From: Candidatus Mediterraneibacter faecigallinarum
GTDB lineage: Bacteria; Bacillota; Clostridia; Lachnospirales; Lachnospiraceae
Assembly (NCBI GenBank): GCA_019119735.1
Contig: DWWK01000094.1
Coordinates: forward strand, 22,807 to 86,806
DNA: 64,000 bases
Reading direction: 5' to 3'
The notes under the pieces were generated by a model, which did not search any database, was not told the DNA's origin, and worked only from the letters and a program-made list of their open reading frames with translations. How positions within the stretch are numbered: the first letter of the stretch is position 1; the number at the start of each line of letters is the position of its first letter. Positions 1-8,449 of this stretch are shown piece after piece. A program made the translations under genes and the position numbers.

Positions 1-55
1 CCGCGCGGACCGGAAGATTTAATATCATATTCCTTTATTATTGTGATCTGGTAAG

Positions 56-93
56 AAAAGGCCCCGGAAGCAGAAAGTCTTCCGGAGCCTTTT
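56..93 (-). terminator. Rho-independent terminator hairpin downstream of the ttcA-like gene (symmetric, usable in both directions)
   Basis: AAAAGGCCCCGGAAG / CTTCCGGAGCCTTTT inverted repeat (1 mismatch) with 8-nt loop, flanked by an A-run and a T-run. Confidence 0.6.
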
Positions 94-127
94 ACAGTGT
101 TTACAGTGTCGTTTGTTTCTTGCCGAT

Positions 128-862
128 TCAGCGTTTTCTGATATGCCGCTCCGGCCATCCAGCCATATTCCCGTCCAGGATCGCATGGAACATCCGCTCT
201 TTCACACCCGGATGATCCTGATTGAGCTGCCGGAGGAGCTCCTTCGCATACTGTCTCTTCGTATAGCCGTCCACCGGACATTTGCTCTTGACGACCGGCA
301 GATCATACTTGTTCCTGAAGCCGATCACATCCATCTCGTCAACAAACATCATCGGACGGATCACTGTCAGATCCATCCTGTCAAGATAGGTCTTGGGCGA
401 AAAAGAGTGAAAACGGCCCTCAAAGATCAGGGAGAGGAGCATTGTCTCAATGATATCGTCCTTGTGGTGCGCGTAAGCGACCTTATTACAGCCCATTTCC
501 TTGACTGCCTGGTTCAATGCGCCCTTTCTCATTTTGGCACAGAGAGAGCAGGGATTCGACTCCTTGCGGATATGAAAGAGGATCTCATAGATCTCCGACG
601 GGACGATCCTGTAAGGGACCTCCAGCTCTTGGCAGAGCGCTTTCACCGGACTGAGGTCAAAATCCTCAAATCCCAGATCAACTGTGACGGCGCTCAGCTC
701 GAATTTCTGCGGATAGAACCGCTTGAGCCCATGGAGGGCATAAAGAAGAGTCAGGCTGTCCTTGCCGCCTGAGATCCCCACTGCGATGTGATCCCCTTCC
801 TGTATCATATCGTATTCATCTACAGCTTTTCTGGTATAGCTCAACAATCTCTGTAACTGCAT
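128..862 (-). CDS. ttcA: TtcA-family PP-loop ATPase (tRNA 2-thiocytidine synthetase-like)
   Basis: 244-aa ORF. It has the PP-loop SGGKDS near the N-terminus and a CSLCAKMRKG cysteine motif, as in TtcA-type tRNA thiolases. Confidence 0.8.
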   Translation of the reverse strand: MQLQRLLSYTRKAVDEYDMIQEGDHIAVGISGGKDSLTLLYALHGLKRFYPQKFELSAVTVDLGFEDFDLSPVKALCQELEVPYRIVPSEIYEILFHIRKESNPCSLCAKMRKGALNQAVKEMGCNKVAYAHHKDDIIETMLLSLIFEGRFHSFSPKTYLDRMDLTVIRPMMFVDEMDVIGFRNKYDLPVVKSKCPVDGYTKRQYAKELLRQLNQDHPGVKERMFHAILDGNMAGWPERHIRKR

Positions 863-1023
863 TTGTATAATCCTTTCTTCTGAGGAACTGCGGTCCGCAT
901 GCGCACTGCAGCCCTTCTTAATGTCACCATTTTTCTATTATACTGATGTCAGTTTACAAATACAAGAGAAAATGTGGTAAAATAAAACACAGGGAATATA
1001 CTATGGATCAAAGGGGTAATCTT

Positions 1024-1500
1024 ATGAAACAGAGCAGCTTTTATCAATTCTATGACAGAGCGGAGGACATCCGGCACAAGTTTATCAGCGCGCTCCCGGT
1101 CATCGTTTTTTTCCTGCTGATGTTTTATTCTGTCATCTTTCTGTTCGGCACGCAGTATGTCATGGTCGTGTCCCTGGCGACTCTTTTATTCCAGGTAAAT
1201 TATAAAAAACAGCACAGCTTCGTTTCTCTTCTTGCCTTGATCGCTCAGCAGATGATCCTTCTCGTGCTGGCTCATATCGCGACGCTGCACCTGGCTTTCT
1301 GTCTTATCCTGAATCTGGTCGTACCGTTCTGGCTGATCTTCTCGAAGAGCTCGCAGTTTAATCAGCTCGGATATTTTTCCAGCCTGATGACATTTACCTT
1401 TCTTCAGCTCATGCACATGGACTGGAACGGCTTTGTCACGCAGCTCGAGGCCATGGCTTTCTGCTGCGCTGTATTTTTTGCAGCTGTACTGATCAATTAA
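1024..1500 (+). CDS. Multi-pass membrane protein; possibly the N-terminal half of a split FUSC/ArAE-like gene (family assignment tentative)
   Basis: ORF track 946..1500, with the start moved to ATG 1024 (GGGG 7 nt upstream). Several hydrophobic helices. Ends in TAATGA. Confidence 0.5.
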   Translation: MKQSSFYQFYDRAEDIRHKFISALPVIVFFLLMFYSVIFLFGTQYVMVVSLATLLFQVNYKKQHSFVSLLALIAQQMILLVLAHIATLHLAFCLILNLVVPFWLIFSKSSQFNQLGYFSSLMTFTFLQLMHMDWNGFVTQLEAMAFCCAVFFAAVLIN

Positions 1501-2114
1501 TGACGAGCCTCGCGATGGGAGAGACTGCAACAGCGGTATTCCTGCGCATGTCGTATGTGGCTGCCTCCGTTCTTTTTGTCCTTGTTGTAAACCGCTTCTT
1601 CTTCCCGACAAGCCTCAGGAGCCAGTTTCGGTATAATCTGCAGATGCTTTTCCATATGCACCATATGTATCTGCGCATCCTTGAGGACGCCCTCACAAAT
1701 CCGCCTGACTACTGGAGGATCTGTGATGCACAGCTCCAGTATCATATGGTGCACGGCCAGATCAAGCAGGATCTTCCCAAGACTGCGGGGACACGGGAGG
1801 AAGACTACATGAAAGTGCTCGCCATCACCTGGCGGATGGCATCGGAAATCCAGCAGATGATCATCCACGCCCGCAACAGAAGAAGAGGAGCTGAGGCGCG
1901 CCATGTCATGGAACGCTATATCTATTATACGGACTATGTACTCAATCTCATCCAGGAAATGCTCCATCTGAAAAAAGAGAAACGGATAAAAAATATCAGC
2001 GGAATGCAGTATCAGAGGTATATTGAAGGAGAGCCAAAGCTCTCGCGCCTGATGGATGAGTACGCGCGAAACCTTTCCAGTCTGTATGTGCTCGTACTGC
2101 AGAAGTACCAGTGA
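1500..2114 (+). CDS. Hypothetical protein with one N-terminal hydrophobic helix and a helical soluble domain; possibly the C-terminal half of the same split gene
   Basis: The ATG overlaps the TAA of the preceding ORF (TAATG) in a different frame. 204-aa ORF. Confidence 0.5.
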   Translation: MTSLAMGETATAVFLRMSYVAASVLFVLVVNRFFFPTSLRSQFRYNLQMLFHMHHMYLRILEDALTNPPDYWRICDAQLQYHMVHGQIKQDLPKTAGTREEDYMKVLAITWRMASEIQQMIIHARNRRRGAEARHVMERYIYYTDYVLNLIQEMLHLKKEKRIKNISGMQYQRYIEGEPKLSRLMDEYARNLSSLYVLVLQKYQ

Positions 2115-2141
2115 AAAAAACAGCGGGAAGGATTTCCCGCT
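2115..2141 (-). terminator. Terminator hairpin at the 3' end of the recombinase gene
   Basis: AGCGGGAA-GGAT-TTCCCGCT hairpin overlapping the stop codon, followed on the minus strand by a T7 run. Confidence 0.55.
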
Positions 2142-3246
2142 ATACTTCCCGCAGCTTCACGGCGCCGGCTGCCTGCCTGCGCCGATTCTCATCGATCGCA
2201 GCATAGTGCTTCTTTGTCGTATTCACGTCCTTATGGCCGAGTACGTCAGCGACAAGATAAATATCCCCTGTCTCCTTGTAGAGCGCGGTACCGTATGTAC
2301 TGCGGAGCTTGTGGGGAGTGATCTTTTTATTCGGCGTGACTTCCCTGGCATATTTCTTCACCATATTTTCCACTGCCTGCACGCCCATCCGTTTCCTGCG
2401 GGTGGAGAGGAAGAGAGCGTTCTCATTTCCGGGAAGCGGGATCGTCGTTTTCCTTGTTGTATAGAGATAAGTCTTCAGTGCATTTTCAACCTCTTCTCCA
2501 AAATAGACGACCATTTCATTCCCGCCTTTTCGCGTCACCTTGATCCCGTTGTTCTTGAAATCCACATCCTGTATATCGAGGCCCACACACTCGGAAACAC
2601 GGATTCCCGTCCCGAGCAGAAGAGTAAGGATCGCCAGATCACGGTTCTTCGTCTTCTCATAATAAGCTTTCCTCTGACCGGTCAGATTGTCCCCGCCGTG
2701 GTCCACATAGTCAAGAAGCTGCGCGACTTCATCCGCATCCAAACGTATGATCGCCTTTTCATGGAGCTTCGGCATATCCACAAGAAGCGTCGGATTCTTC
2801 GATATGATCTGCCGCTTGAAGAAATAGTCGTAAAAGCTCCGTAGGGCCGACATCTTCCTTGCGAGGCCTTTCTCCGTGTTCGTGATCTGTCTGTCGTCAT
2901 TCTCGTAGACCTTCAGATATTCCTGGTATTCCTCGATATCGACCGGTTCCAGGCGCTCCAGGTCCTGAACGGTAAACTGATCCGCTGTGTAATCCTTATA
3001 GACCGGATTATTCTCCATAAGGAAATGAAAAAAGACCCGGATATCATATGCGTAAGAAATCCTTGTCCTTGCAGATGTAGTCGGCTCGATCGCGCGGAAA
3101 TAATCCTTCGCGAAAGGCGGCAGCGTTTTCAGGATCTCCCTGAGTCTCAATGTGTTGTCAATGTATTCCTGCTCGTGATACGTCTTTGTCTCAGACGGTG
3201 CAGTCTGCATGTTAGACAAATTCTTATCTGTCATACGTGTAACCAT
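2140..3246 (-). CDS. Tyrosine-type site-specific recombinase (Xer/integrase family)
   Basis: 368-aa ORF. The C-terminal HKLRSTYGT...LGHKDVNTTKKHY matches the HxxR...Y catalytic region of tyrosine recombinases. No phage or IS genes are nearby. Confidence 0.85.
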   Translation of the reverse strand: MVTRMTDKNLSNMQTAPSETKTYHEQEYIDNTLRLREILKTLPPFAKDYFRAIEPTTSARTRISYAYDIRVFFHFLMENNPVYKDYTADQFTVQDLERLEPVDIEEYQEYLKVYENDDRQITNTEKGLARKMSALRSFYDYFFKRQIISKNPTLLVDMPKLHEKAIIRLDADEVAQLLDYVDHGGDNLTGQRKAYYEKTKNRDLAILTLLLGTGIRVSECVGLDIQDVDFKNNGIKVTRKGGNEMVVYFGEEVENALKTYLYTTRKTTIPLPGNENALFLSTRRKRMGVQAVENMVKKYAREVTPNKKITPHKLRSTYGTALYKETGDIYLVADVLGHKDVNTTKKHYAAIDENRRRQAAGAVKLREV

Positions 3247-3389
3247 AAATATCAGCTCCCTTATTTTCGCTCATTTATACGTAAAATTCTTTATAAAGTA
3301 TACCAGATTCCGTTGTTTCCGTCTATATCTTTTGGAAAAATCAGTATTTGTCGTATAGATTGAAATCTCTCCTGTTTATATAGAAAAAG

Positions 3390-3431
3390 CAGACCGGACC
3401 GGAAGATTCATTCTCTTCCCGGTCCGGTCTG
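3390..3431 (-). terminator. Rho-independent terminator of the LysM gene
   Basis: Long GC-rich hairpin CAGACCGGACCGG...CCGGTCCGGTCTG, followed on the minus strand by CTTTTTCT. Confidence 0.7.
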
Positions 3432-3484
3432 AAGGAGTGTATATATATCAATACATAGGGATGTATATTGATACCTCATTTATT

Positions 3485-3814
3485 CTATTTTTTGAACTCT
3501 GTATCGTTATATGCAATGATCAGATACTGGCCTGCCTCGATGTCGTCTGACTCAAGTGCGTTCATATCTTTGAGCGCCTCGACGTACTCCGGTATAGAAT
3601 CGTATTCTGACGTCATCGTTTCTTCGGCGATGTCCCACAGCGTATCGCCCGGCTGAATCTCGATGCTCTTATAATACTTATAAACTGTCTGATCTGACGG
3701 ATTGCTTTCATGTGCCGAAACAAAGAATGCTCCGAATGACATACATCCAACCAAAGCGATGATCAATCCTGTAAAGATAACCCTGACTCTTTTTTTCAAT
3801 CTTCTCCGTTTCAT
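3485..3814 (-). CDS. LysM-domain membrane protein, YneA-like SOS cell-division inhibitor candidate
   Basis: 109-aa ORF with a basic N-terminus, one TM helix and a LysM-like segment (IQPGDTLWDIA...AGQYLIIAY). It is divergent from lexA, and LexA boxes lie inside its promoter, as for B. subtilis yneA. Confidence 0.75.
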   Translation of the reverse strand: MKRRRLKKRVRVIFTGLIIALVGCMSFGAFFVSAHESNPSDQTVYKYYKSIEIQPGDTLWDIAEETMTSEYDSIPEYVEALKDMNALESDDIEAGQYLIIAYNDTEFKK

Positions 3815-3907
3815 ATCCTTATACCCCCGATACAGTAAATTATAGTCTGATCCAGTCCGTTCACCAACTTGTATGCAAGTATACCTTGCAAGGCGTTTTA
3901 AGCGAAT

Positions 3908-3921
3908 CGAACTGTTGTTCT
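3908..3921. promoter_or_regulatory. LexA (Cheo) box 1
   Basis: CGAACTGTTGTTCT matches GAAC-N4-GTTC. It lies just downstream of the predicted -10 of the LysM gene. Confidence 0.75.
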
Positions 3922-3929
3922 GTATTTAC

Positions 3930-3958
3930 AGTATAGTATACGAACACGTGTTTGTCAA
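3930..3958 (-). promoter_or_regulatory. SigA-type promoter of the LysM/YneA-like gene
   Basis: Minus strand reads TTGACA - 17 nt - TATACT. LexA box 2 occupies the spacer and the -35. Confidence 0.65.
3941..3954. promoter_or_regulatory. LexA (Cheo) box 2
   Basis: CGAACACGTGTTTG (GAAC-N4-GTTT), overlapping the -35 and spacer of the LysM promoter. Confidence 0.7.
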
Positions 3959-3977
3959 CAGATTTTCCTTAAAAAAT

Positions 3978-3991
3978 CGAACATATTTTCG
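3978..3991. promoter_or_regulatory. LexA (Cheo) box 3
   Basis: CGAACATATTTTCG, two mismatches from the Firmicutes consensus CGAACATATGTTCG. It lies upstream of the lexA -35. Confidence 0.6.
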
Positions 3992-4004
3992 TAACAAATG
4001 TTTG
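3991..4004. promoter_or_regulatory. Degenerate LexA box 4
   Basis: GTAACAAATGTTTG, abutting box 3 and overlapping the predicted lexA -35. Confidence 0.35.
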
Positions 4005-4030
4005 ATTTTTGAAAACCCCTGTGTTAGTAT
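4002..4030 (+). promoter_or_regulatory. Candidate lexA promoter
   Basis: TTGATT - 17 nt - TAGTAT with a TG at the extended -10 position (TGTTAGTAT). Confidence 0.45.
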
Positions 4031-4066
4031 ATTATTATCATAGTTAACTAAAGTTCGGAGGATATT

Positions 4067-4684
4067 ATGGCGCAGGGCAAAATAAGTAAAAAACAGCTGG
4101 AAATTCTTGAATATATCAAGTCTCAGATACTGGAGCGCGGCTTTCCGCCCGCAGTCCGCGAGATCTGTGAAGCGGTGAATTTAAAGTCTACCTCTTCTGT
4201 CCACTCTCATCTCGAGACACTGGAGAAAAACGGATATATCCGACGGGACCCCACAAAGCCGAGAGCGATCGAGATCCTGGACGACAGCTTCAATCTGACC
4301 CGCAGAGAGATGGTGAATGTTCCGATCGTAGGTCAGGTTGCGGCAGGCGAACCGATACTGGCTCAGGAAAATATAGAGAACTACTTCCCTATCCCGACGG
4401 AATTTATGCCGAACAATCAGACATTTCTCCTGAAGGTAAAGGGAGAAAGCATGATTAACGCCGGTATCCTTGACGGAGACATGGTTCTTGTTGAGCAGGC
4501 TTCTACCGCATCGAACGGCGATATGGTTGTAGCGCTGATCGAAGATGGAGCTACGGTAAAGACTTTTTATAAGGAGGAAGGAATCTTCCGCCTTCAGCCG
4601 GAAAACGATTCTATGGAGCCTATCATTGTCAGCGAAGTATCTATCCTCGGAAAAGTGATTGGTGTATTCCGTTTTTTTAAGTAA
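4067..4684 (+). CDS. lexA: LexA repressor
   Basis: 205-aa ORF with a winged-helix N-terminus, the VAAGEP cleavage region and a GESMINAGI serine-protease motif. GGAGG Shine-Dalgarno upstream. Confidence 0.97.
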   Translation: MAQGKISKKQLEILEYIKSQILERGFPPAVREICEAVNLKSTSSVHSHLETLEKNGYIRRDPTKPRAIEILDDSFNLTRREMVNVPIVGQVAAGEPILAQENIENYFPIPTEFMPNNQTFLLKVKGESMINAGILDGDMVLVEQASTASNGDMVVALIEDGATVKTFYKEEGIFRLQPENDSMEPIIVSEVSILGKVIGVFRFFK

Positions 4685-4769
4685 TGATTCAGCCTGACGC
4701 TCAGGAAGCAGCTTTACAGTGAAGCTCTGGGCGGCGGATCAGGCGGCAGCGGATAAAGCATGAAACACA

Positions 4770-4810
4770 AACGGGACTGAATGGAGTTTCATCTCCTCTT
4801 CAGTCCCGTT
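4770..4810. terminator. Bidirectional terminator between convergent lexA and the rsfS operon
   Basis: AACGGGACTGAA...TTCAGTCCCGTT hairpin with T-rich tracts downstream on both strands. Confidence 0.7.
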
Positions 4811-4850
4811 TCTTTGTCCTTTGTTCTTCTCCCGGTCAAAAAGGGTTCTT

Positions 4851-5210
4851 TTACAGATCCTCTATCCGGATATCCCTTCCATCCTTCCAGATCCTCTCAA
4901 GATCATAGAAGAGACGGTTTTGCTTATCAAATACATGTACGATGATATCACCGAAGTCGAGCAGCACCCAGCTCGCTGAGGCCTGTCCTTCTCTCTGCTT
5001 CAACTCGAAGCCTGCCTTGTGGAGCTCTTCCTCCACGTTGTCGACAAGTGCATTCACCTGACTGTCACTGCTTCCGTTGGCTATGATAAAGTAGTCCGCG
5101 AGAACAGAGATCCCTGTGATATCGATGATCTTGATGTCTTCGCCTTTTTTGTCGCTCAAAGCATGGTAGGCGATCTTCGCCATCTCTTTTGACTGGTTTG
5201 CCTGATCCAT
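4851..5210 (-). CDS. rsfS: Ribosome silencing factor RsfS (iojap family)
   Basis: 119-aa ORF; the DYFIIANGSSDSQV...WVLLDFGDIIVHVF pattern is typical of RsfS; synteny with nadD and yqeK. Confidence 0.9.
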   Translation of the reverse strand: MDQANQSKEMAKIAYHALSDKKGEDIKIIDITGISVLADYFIIANGSSDSQVNALVDNVEEELHKAGFELKQREGQASASWVLLDFGDIIVHVFDKQNRLFYDLERIWKDGRDIRIEDL

Positions 5211-5211
5211 A

Positions 5212-5784
5212 TCAGCCCTCCTTTTTATAGAAATTATACGTCTTTATAGTCATAGGGTCAACTGATTTTCCCCCGCTTTCCAGATATCTTGTTGTAGCAC
5301 CGGCAGATCTGCACACAGCCTGATCGATATCTGTAAAGGCGAGATAACGCACTTCTGAAAGCCCTGGAATCTCTTTCCGGTTCGGCTCGATATAATCCGC
5401 GATGTAGATGGTCTTTTCCAGCATCGTCATATCCGGACGCCCCGTCGTATGATACGTGACCGCGCTCAGGACATCCTTATCCTTCACGCCGTACTCATGC
5501 CTGGCCAGATATGCACCAAGCTTTGCGTGAATGAGCGCCGGCATCTCGATCTCAGATTCCGTGAGGCTGATCCCATTCTTTTTGCAAAGCTTTATCTGTT
5601 CCTTTGCCGGGCAGAATTTACCGCAGTCGTGAAGAAGCCCCGCAGTCATCGCCTGCTCCACGTCCTCGCCGTAGCGCATGGCAAGTGATGCAGCAGTGTA
5701 CATCACGCCGATCGTGTGCTCGAAACGCTCCTTTTTCAGGACCTTGGAAAGCCGTTTTCTGATCTCTGTCAATTGCTCTGTCAT
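5212..5784 (-). CDS. yqeK: HD-domain bis(5'-nucleosyl)-tetraphosphatase YqeK
   Basis: 190-aa ORF with HD motif (LLHDCGK) and conserved nadD-yqeK-rsfS order. Confidence 0.85.
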   Translation of the reverse strand: MTEQLTEIRKRLSKVLKKERFEHTIGVMYTAASLAMRYGEDVEQAMTAGLLHDCGKFCPAKEQIKLCKKNGISLTESEIEMPALIHAKLGAYLARHEYGVKDKDVLSAVTYHTTGRPDMTMLEKTIYIADYIEPNRKEIPGLSEVRYLAFTDIDQAVCRSAGATTRYLESGGKSVDPMTIKTYNFYKKEG

Positions 5785-5790
5785 ATCACG

Positions 5791-6399
5791 TCACTGCTCC
5801 TTGTATAAATGATGTTCCGCTATATACTCTGCCACCGCGTCTGGGACCATATAGCGCACGCTCAGGTCCCTGGCTGACCGCTCTCTGATCGTTGTGGATG
5901 AGATCTCCACAAGAGGCGCCTGGAGCAGCTCAATACGTGCCCCATACTTCTCGCTCAGATATTTTATCTGCGTCTTCATGTCCTCTGCGTCTTTATCATC
6001 GCGCATGGCCGCCAGGATAGTGCAGGTAGGAAATATTTCTCTGAAATATTTCCATTGCTCGATTGAAAAGAGAGAATCTGCGCCAAGGATAAAATAAAAC
6101 TCGTTTTCCGGATAACGGCTGTTGAACTCCTGCATTGTCTTGTATGTGTAAGAATGGCGGTCCACATCCGCCTCATGCATGTTCAGCCTGAAATAGGGCA
6201 CGCTGCCGATCGCCAGGCGCACCATCTCGACCCGGTGACGCAGGTCCTCCTCGGCGTCGCTCGTCTCTTTGTGGGGAGGATTCCCGTTCGGCAGGAACCA
6301 GATCTCATCCAGCCCGAAATCCTCATATGCGAACTCTCCTAAAAGAAGATGTCCGATGTGGATCGGGTCAAAGGTCCCGCCCATGATCCCGATCTTCAT
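5791..6399 (-). CDS. nadD: Nicotinate-nucleotide adenylyltransferase
   Basis: 202-aa ORF with GGTFDPIHIGH nucleotidyltransferase motif and a C-terminal ISST motif. Confidence 0.93.
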   Translation of the reverse strand: MKIGIMGGTFDPIHIGHLLLGEFAYEDFGLDEIWFLPNGNPPHKETSDAEEDLRHRVEMVRLAIGSVPYFRLNMHEADVDRHSYTYKTMQEFNSRYPENEFYFILGADSLFSIEQWKYFREIFPTCTILAAMRDDKDAEDMKTQIKYLSEKYGARIELLQAPLVEISSTTIRERSARDLSVRYMVPDAVAEYIAEHHLYKEQ

Positions 6400-6704
6400 C
6401 TCTTCTCTCCTGACTGCGGCAGTATGATCTTCTTTTTCTCGTCCTTACCCTCTCTGTACAGGACGATCTTTTTACCGATCACCTGGACGATCTCGGATCT
6501 TGTTCTCTCGGAGATGATCTCCGCAAGCTCTCTCGGATCATCCGCACAGTTCTTGAGGACGCTGATCTTGATCAGCTCCCTCGCCTCCAGAGCCTCTGAT
6601 ATTGCCTGGGTAAGTCCCGGCGTCATGCTGGACTTTCCGACCTGGAAGATCGGTTCCATCGTCATTGCAAGGCTTTTTAAATATGCTCTCTGTTTTGTCG
6701 TCAT
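6396..6704 (-). CDS. yhbY: YhbY/CRM-domain RNA-binding protein
   Basis: 102-aa ORF with the LKSLA...QVGKSS...IKISV pattern of the CRS1/YhbY domain. 4-nt overlap with nadD. Confidence 0.85.
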   Translation of the reverse strand: MTTKQRAYLKSLAMTMEPIFQVGKSSMTPGLTQAISEALEARELIKISVLKNCADDPRELAEIISERTRSEIVQVIGKKIVLYREGKDEKKKIILPQSGEKR

Positions 6705-6723
6705 CTGTCTCTCCTATTTCCTT

Positions 6724-8007
6724 CTACTTATAGTAATCAAACTGCAGTCCGTACATCCTCACTGTATCGCCTTCCTGGATTCCAGCAGCCTCCAGCTCGT
6801 CCAGTATGCCTGTATCCTTCAGGAACTTCTGGAAAAAGGCAAATCCCTTCTCTGAATCCAGATTTGTGTACCCGAGCATCTTCTCGATCTTTGGTCCCTC
6901 TACCACATACATTCCGTCTTTCTGCTCCACTGTATACGGGAGATTTTCGTAGATCAGCTCGTCCTCCGGGAAAAACTCCTGCTCGAAGACGACCGGCGTG
7001 CTGTCCATATTCTCAAGCTGGCTGCTCACATAGTAGAGAAGATCGGAAATCCCTTCTCCTGATACGCCTGAGATAGGAAATACACGGACTCCCTTCGGCT
7101 CAAATTCAGCCTTAAGCCTGCTTACTGCATCATCCTCATCGCCGTAGATCAGATCTGTCTTGTTCGCTGCGATCACCTGAGGTCTCTTTGCGATATCCGG
7201 ATTATAATTCTCAAGCTCCGCATTGATCTTGTAGATGTCATCCACCGGATCTCTGCCCTCGCTTCCGGCCGCGTCCACGACGTGGATCATCATCTTCGTC
7301 CTCTCGATATGACGAAGGAACTCGTGACCCAGTCCGACTCCCTCTGAGGCTCCTTCGATGAGACCAGGGATATCTGCCATGACGAAGCCTTTCGCACCGT
7401 CAAGGTCGACAACCCCGAGGTTCGGATTCAGCGTCGTAAAGTGGTAGTTGGCGATCTTAGGCTCCGCGTTCGTTACGCGTGAGAGAAGGGTAGATTTTCC
7501 CACGTTCGGGAAACCGATCAGTCCCACGTCAGCGATCACCTTCAGCTCAAGGTTCACTTCCAGCTCGCGGGCCGGCTGTCCGGGCTGTGCGTATTTCGGC
7601 ACCTGCATGGTAGCAGTTGCAAAATGCTGGTTTCCAAGTCCGCCTTTTCCGCCTTTTAAGATGATCTGTCTTCTGTTCTCTCCGGACATATCGGCGATGA
7701 CCTTTCCACTCTCCGCCTCCTTGACGACTGTTCCCTCCGGCACGCGGAGCACAAGATCCTTGCCGTCCTTTCCGTGGCAGCGGCGCTTGCCGCCTGGCTC
7801 TCCATCACCTGCGGCATATTTGCGCTTATGACGGTAATCCACCAGAGTGTTCATCCCCTCATCAACTTCAAAGATCAGATCTCCGCCTCTTCCTCCGTCT
7901 CCGCCGTCGGGTCCGCCGTTCGGCACGTAGAGCTCTCTTCGGAAGCTGCAGTGTCCGTCTCCGCCCTTTCCGGACCTGATATAGATTTTCGCTCTGTCTG
8001 CAAACAT
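6724..8007 (-). CDS. obg: GTPase Obg/CgtA
   Basis: 427-aa ORF with a glycine-rich Obg fold (GGDGGRGGD), G1 GFPNVGKST, G3 DIPGLIEGA and a C-terminal OCT-like domain. Confidence 0.97.
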   Translation of the reverse strand: MFADRAKIYIRSGKGGDGHCSFRRELYVPNGGPDGGDGGRGGDLIFEVDEGMNTLVDYRHKRKYAAGDGEPGGKRRCHGKDGKDLVLRVPEGTVVKEAESGKVIADMSGENRRQIILKGGKGGLGNQHFATATMQVPKYAQPGQPARELEVNLELKVIADVGLIGFPNVGKSTLLSRVTNAEPKIANYHFTTLNPNLGVVDLDGAKGFVMADIPGLIEGASEGVGLGHEFLRHIERTKMMIHVVDAAGSEGRDPVDDIYKINAELENYNPDIAKRPQVIAANKTDLIYGDEDDAVSRLKAEFEPKGVRVFPISGVSGEGISDLLYYVSSQLENMDSTPVVFEQEFFPEDELIYENLPYTVEQKDGMYVVEGPKIEKMLGYTNLDSEKGFAFFQKFLKDTGILDELEAAGIQEGDTVRMYGLQFDYYK

Positions 8008-8076
8008 AAATTTACTCCTTTAACGCCTCTGCGCTCACGCGCAGGAGACTCTTCGCCTGATTGATAATGTCACAAA

Positions 8077-8102
8077 AGCCTCAGACCGAAAAGTCTGAGG
8101 CT
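8077..8102 (-). terminator. Terminator of the rplU-prp-rpmA operon
   Basis: AGCCTCAGAC-TTTTCG-GTCTGAGGCT hairpin, followed on the minus strand by TTTTGTG. Confidence 0.7.
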
Positions 8103-8159
8103 CCTTAGCTTCTTAGTATGCAAGTGAAAATTTCCGACTCAGCTTATCCAGTTTCACTG

Positions 8160-8444
8160 TTACTCCGCTGCCGGATAGATAGAAACCTGTTTCTTGTCTC
8201 TACCCTTTCTTTCAAATCTTACTACACCGTCAACAAGTGCAAACAGAGTGTCGTCTCCGCCGCGTCCTACGTTCACGCCCGGATGGATCTTTGTTCCACG
8301 CTGTCTGTAAAGGATGTTTCCAGCCTTAACAAACTGTCCGTCTGCCCTTTTTGCGCCCAGTCTCTTTGATTCAGAGTCACGTCCGTTCTTTGTAGAACCA
8401 ACTCCCTTTTTATGTGCAAAAAACTGAAGATTCATTTTCATCAT
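8160..8444 (-). CDS. rpmA: 50S ribosomal protein L27 with cleavable N-terminal extension
   Basis: 94-aa ORF. The N-terminal [14 protein letters not shown] is the Firmicutes pro-sequence removed by Prp. Confidence 0.97.
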   Translation of the reverse strand: MMKMNLQFFAHKKGVGSTKNGRDSESKRLGAKRADGQFVKAGNILYRQRGTKIHPGVNVGRGGDDTLFALVDGVVRFERKGRDKKQVSIYPAAE

Positions 8445-8449
8445 GGTAC

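Noticed and set aside
92-109. A direct tandem 9-mer TTACAGTGT TTACAGTGT next to the first terminator.
   Set aside because: There are only two copies of a 9-mer at the edge of the window and no associated feature. It is most likely trivial slippage.
2140-3246. The tyrosine recombinase as a marker of a prophage, ICE or genomic island.
   Set aside because: There are no phage, conjugation, IS or cargo genes on either side, no flanking direct repeats that I could find, and no adjacent tRNA. Its neighbours are housekeeping genes, so it looks like a chromosomal Xer-type or orphan recombinase.
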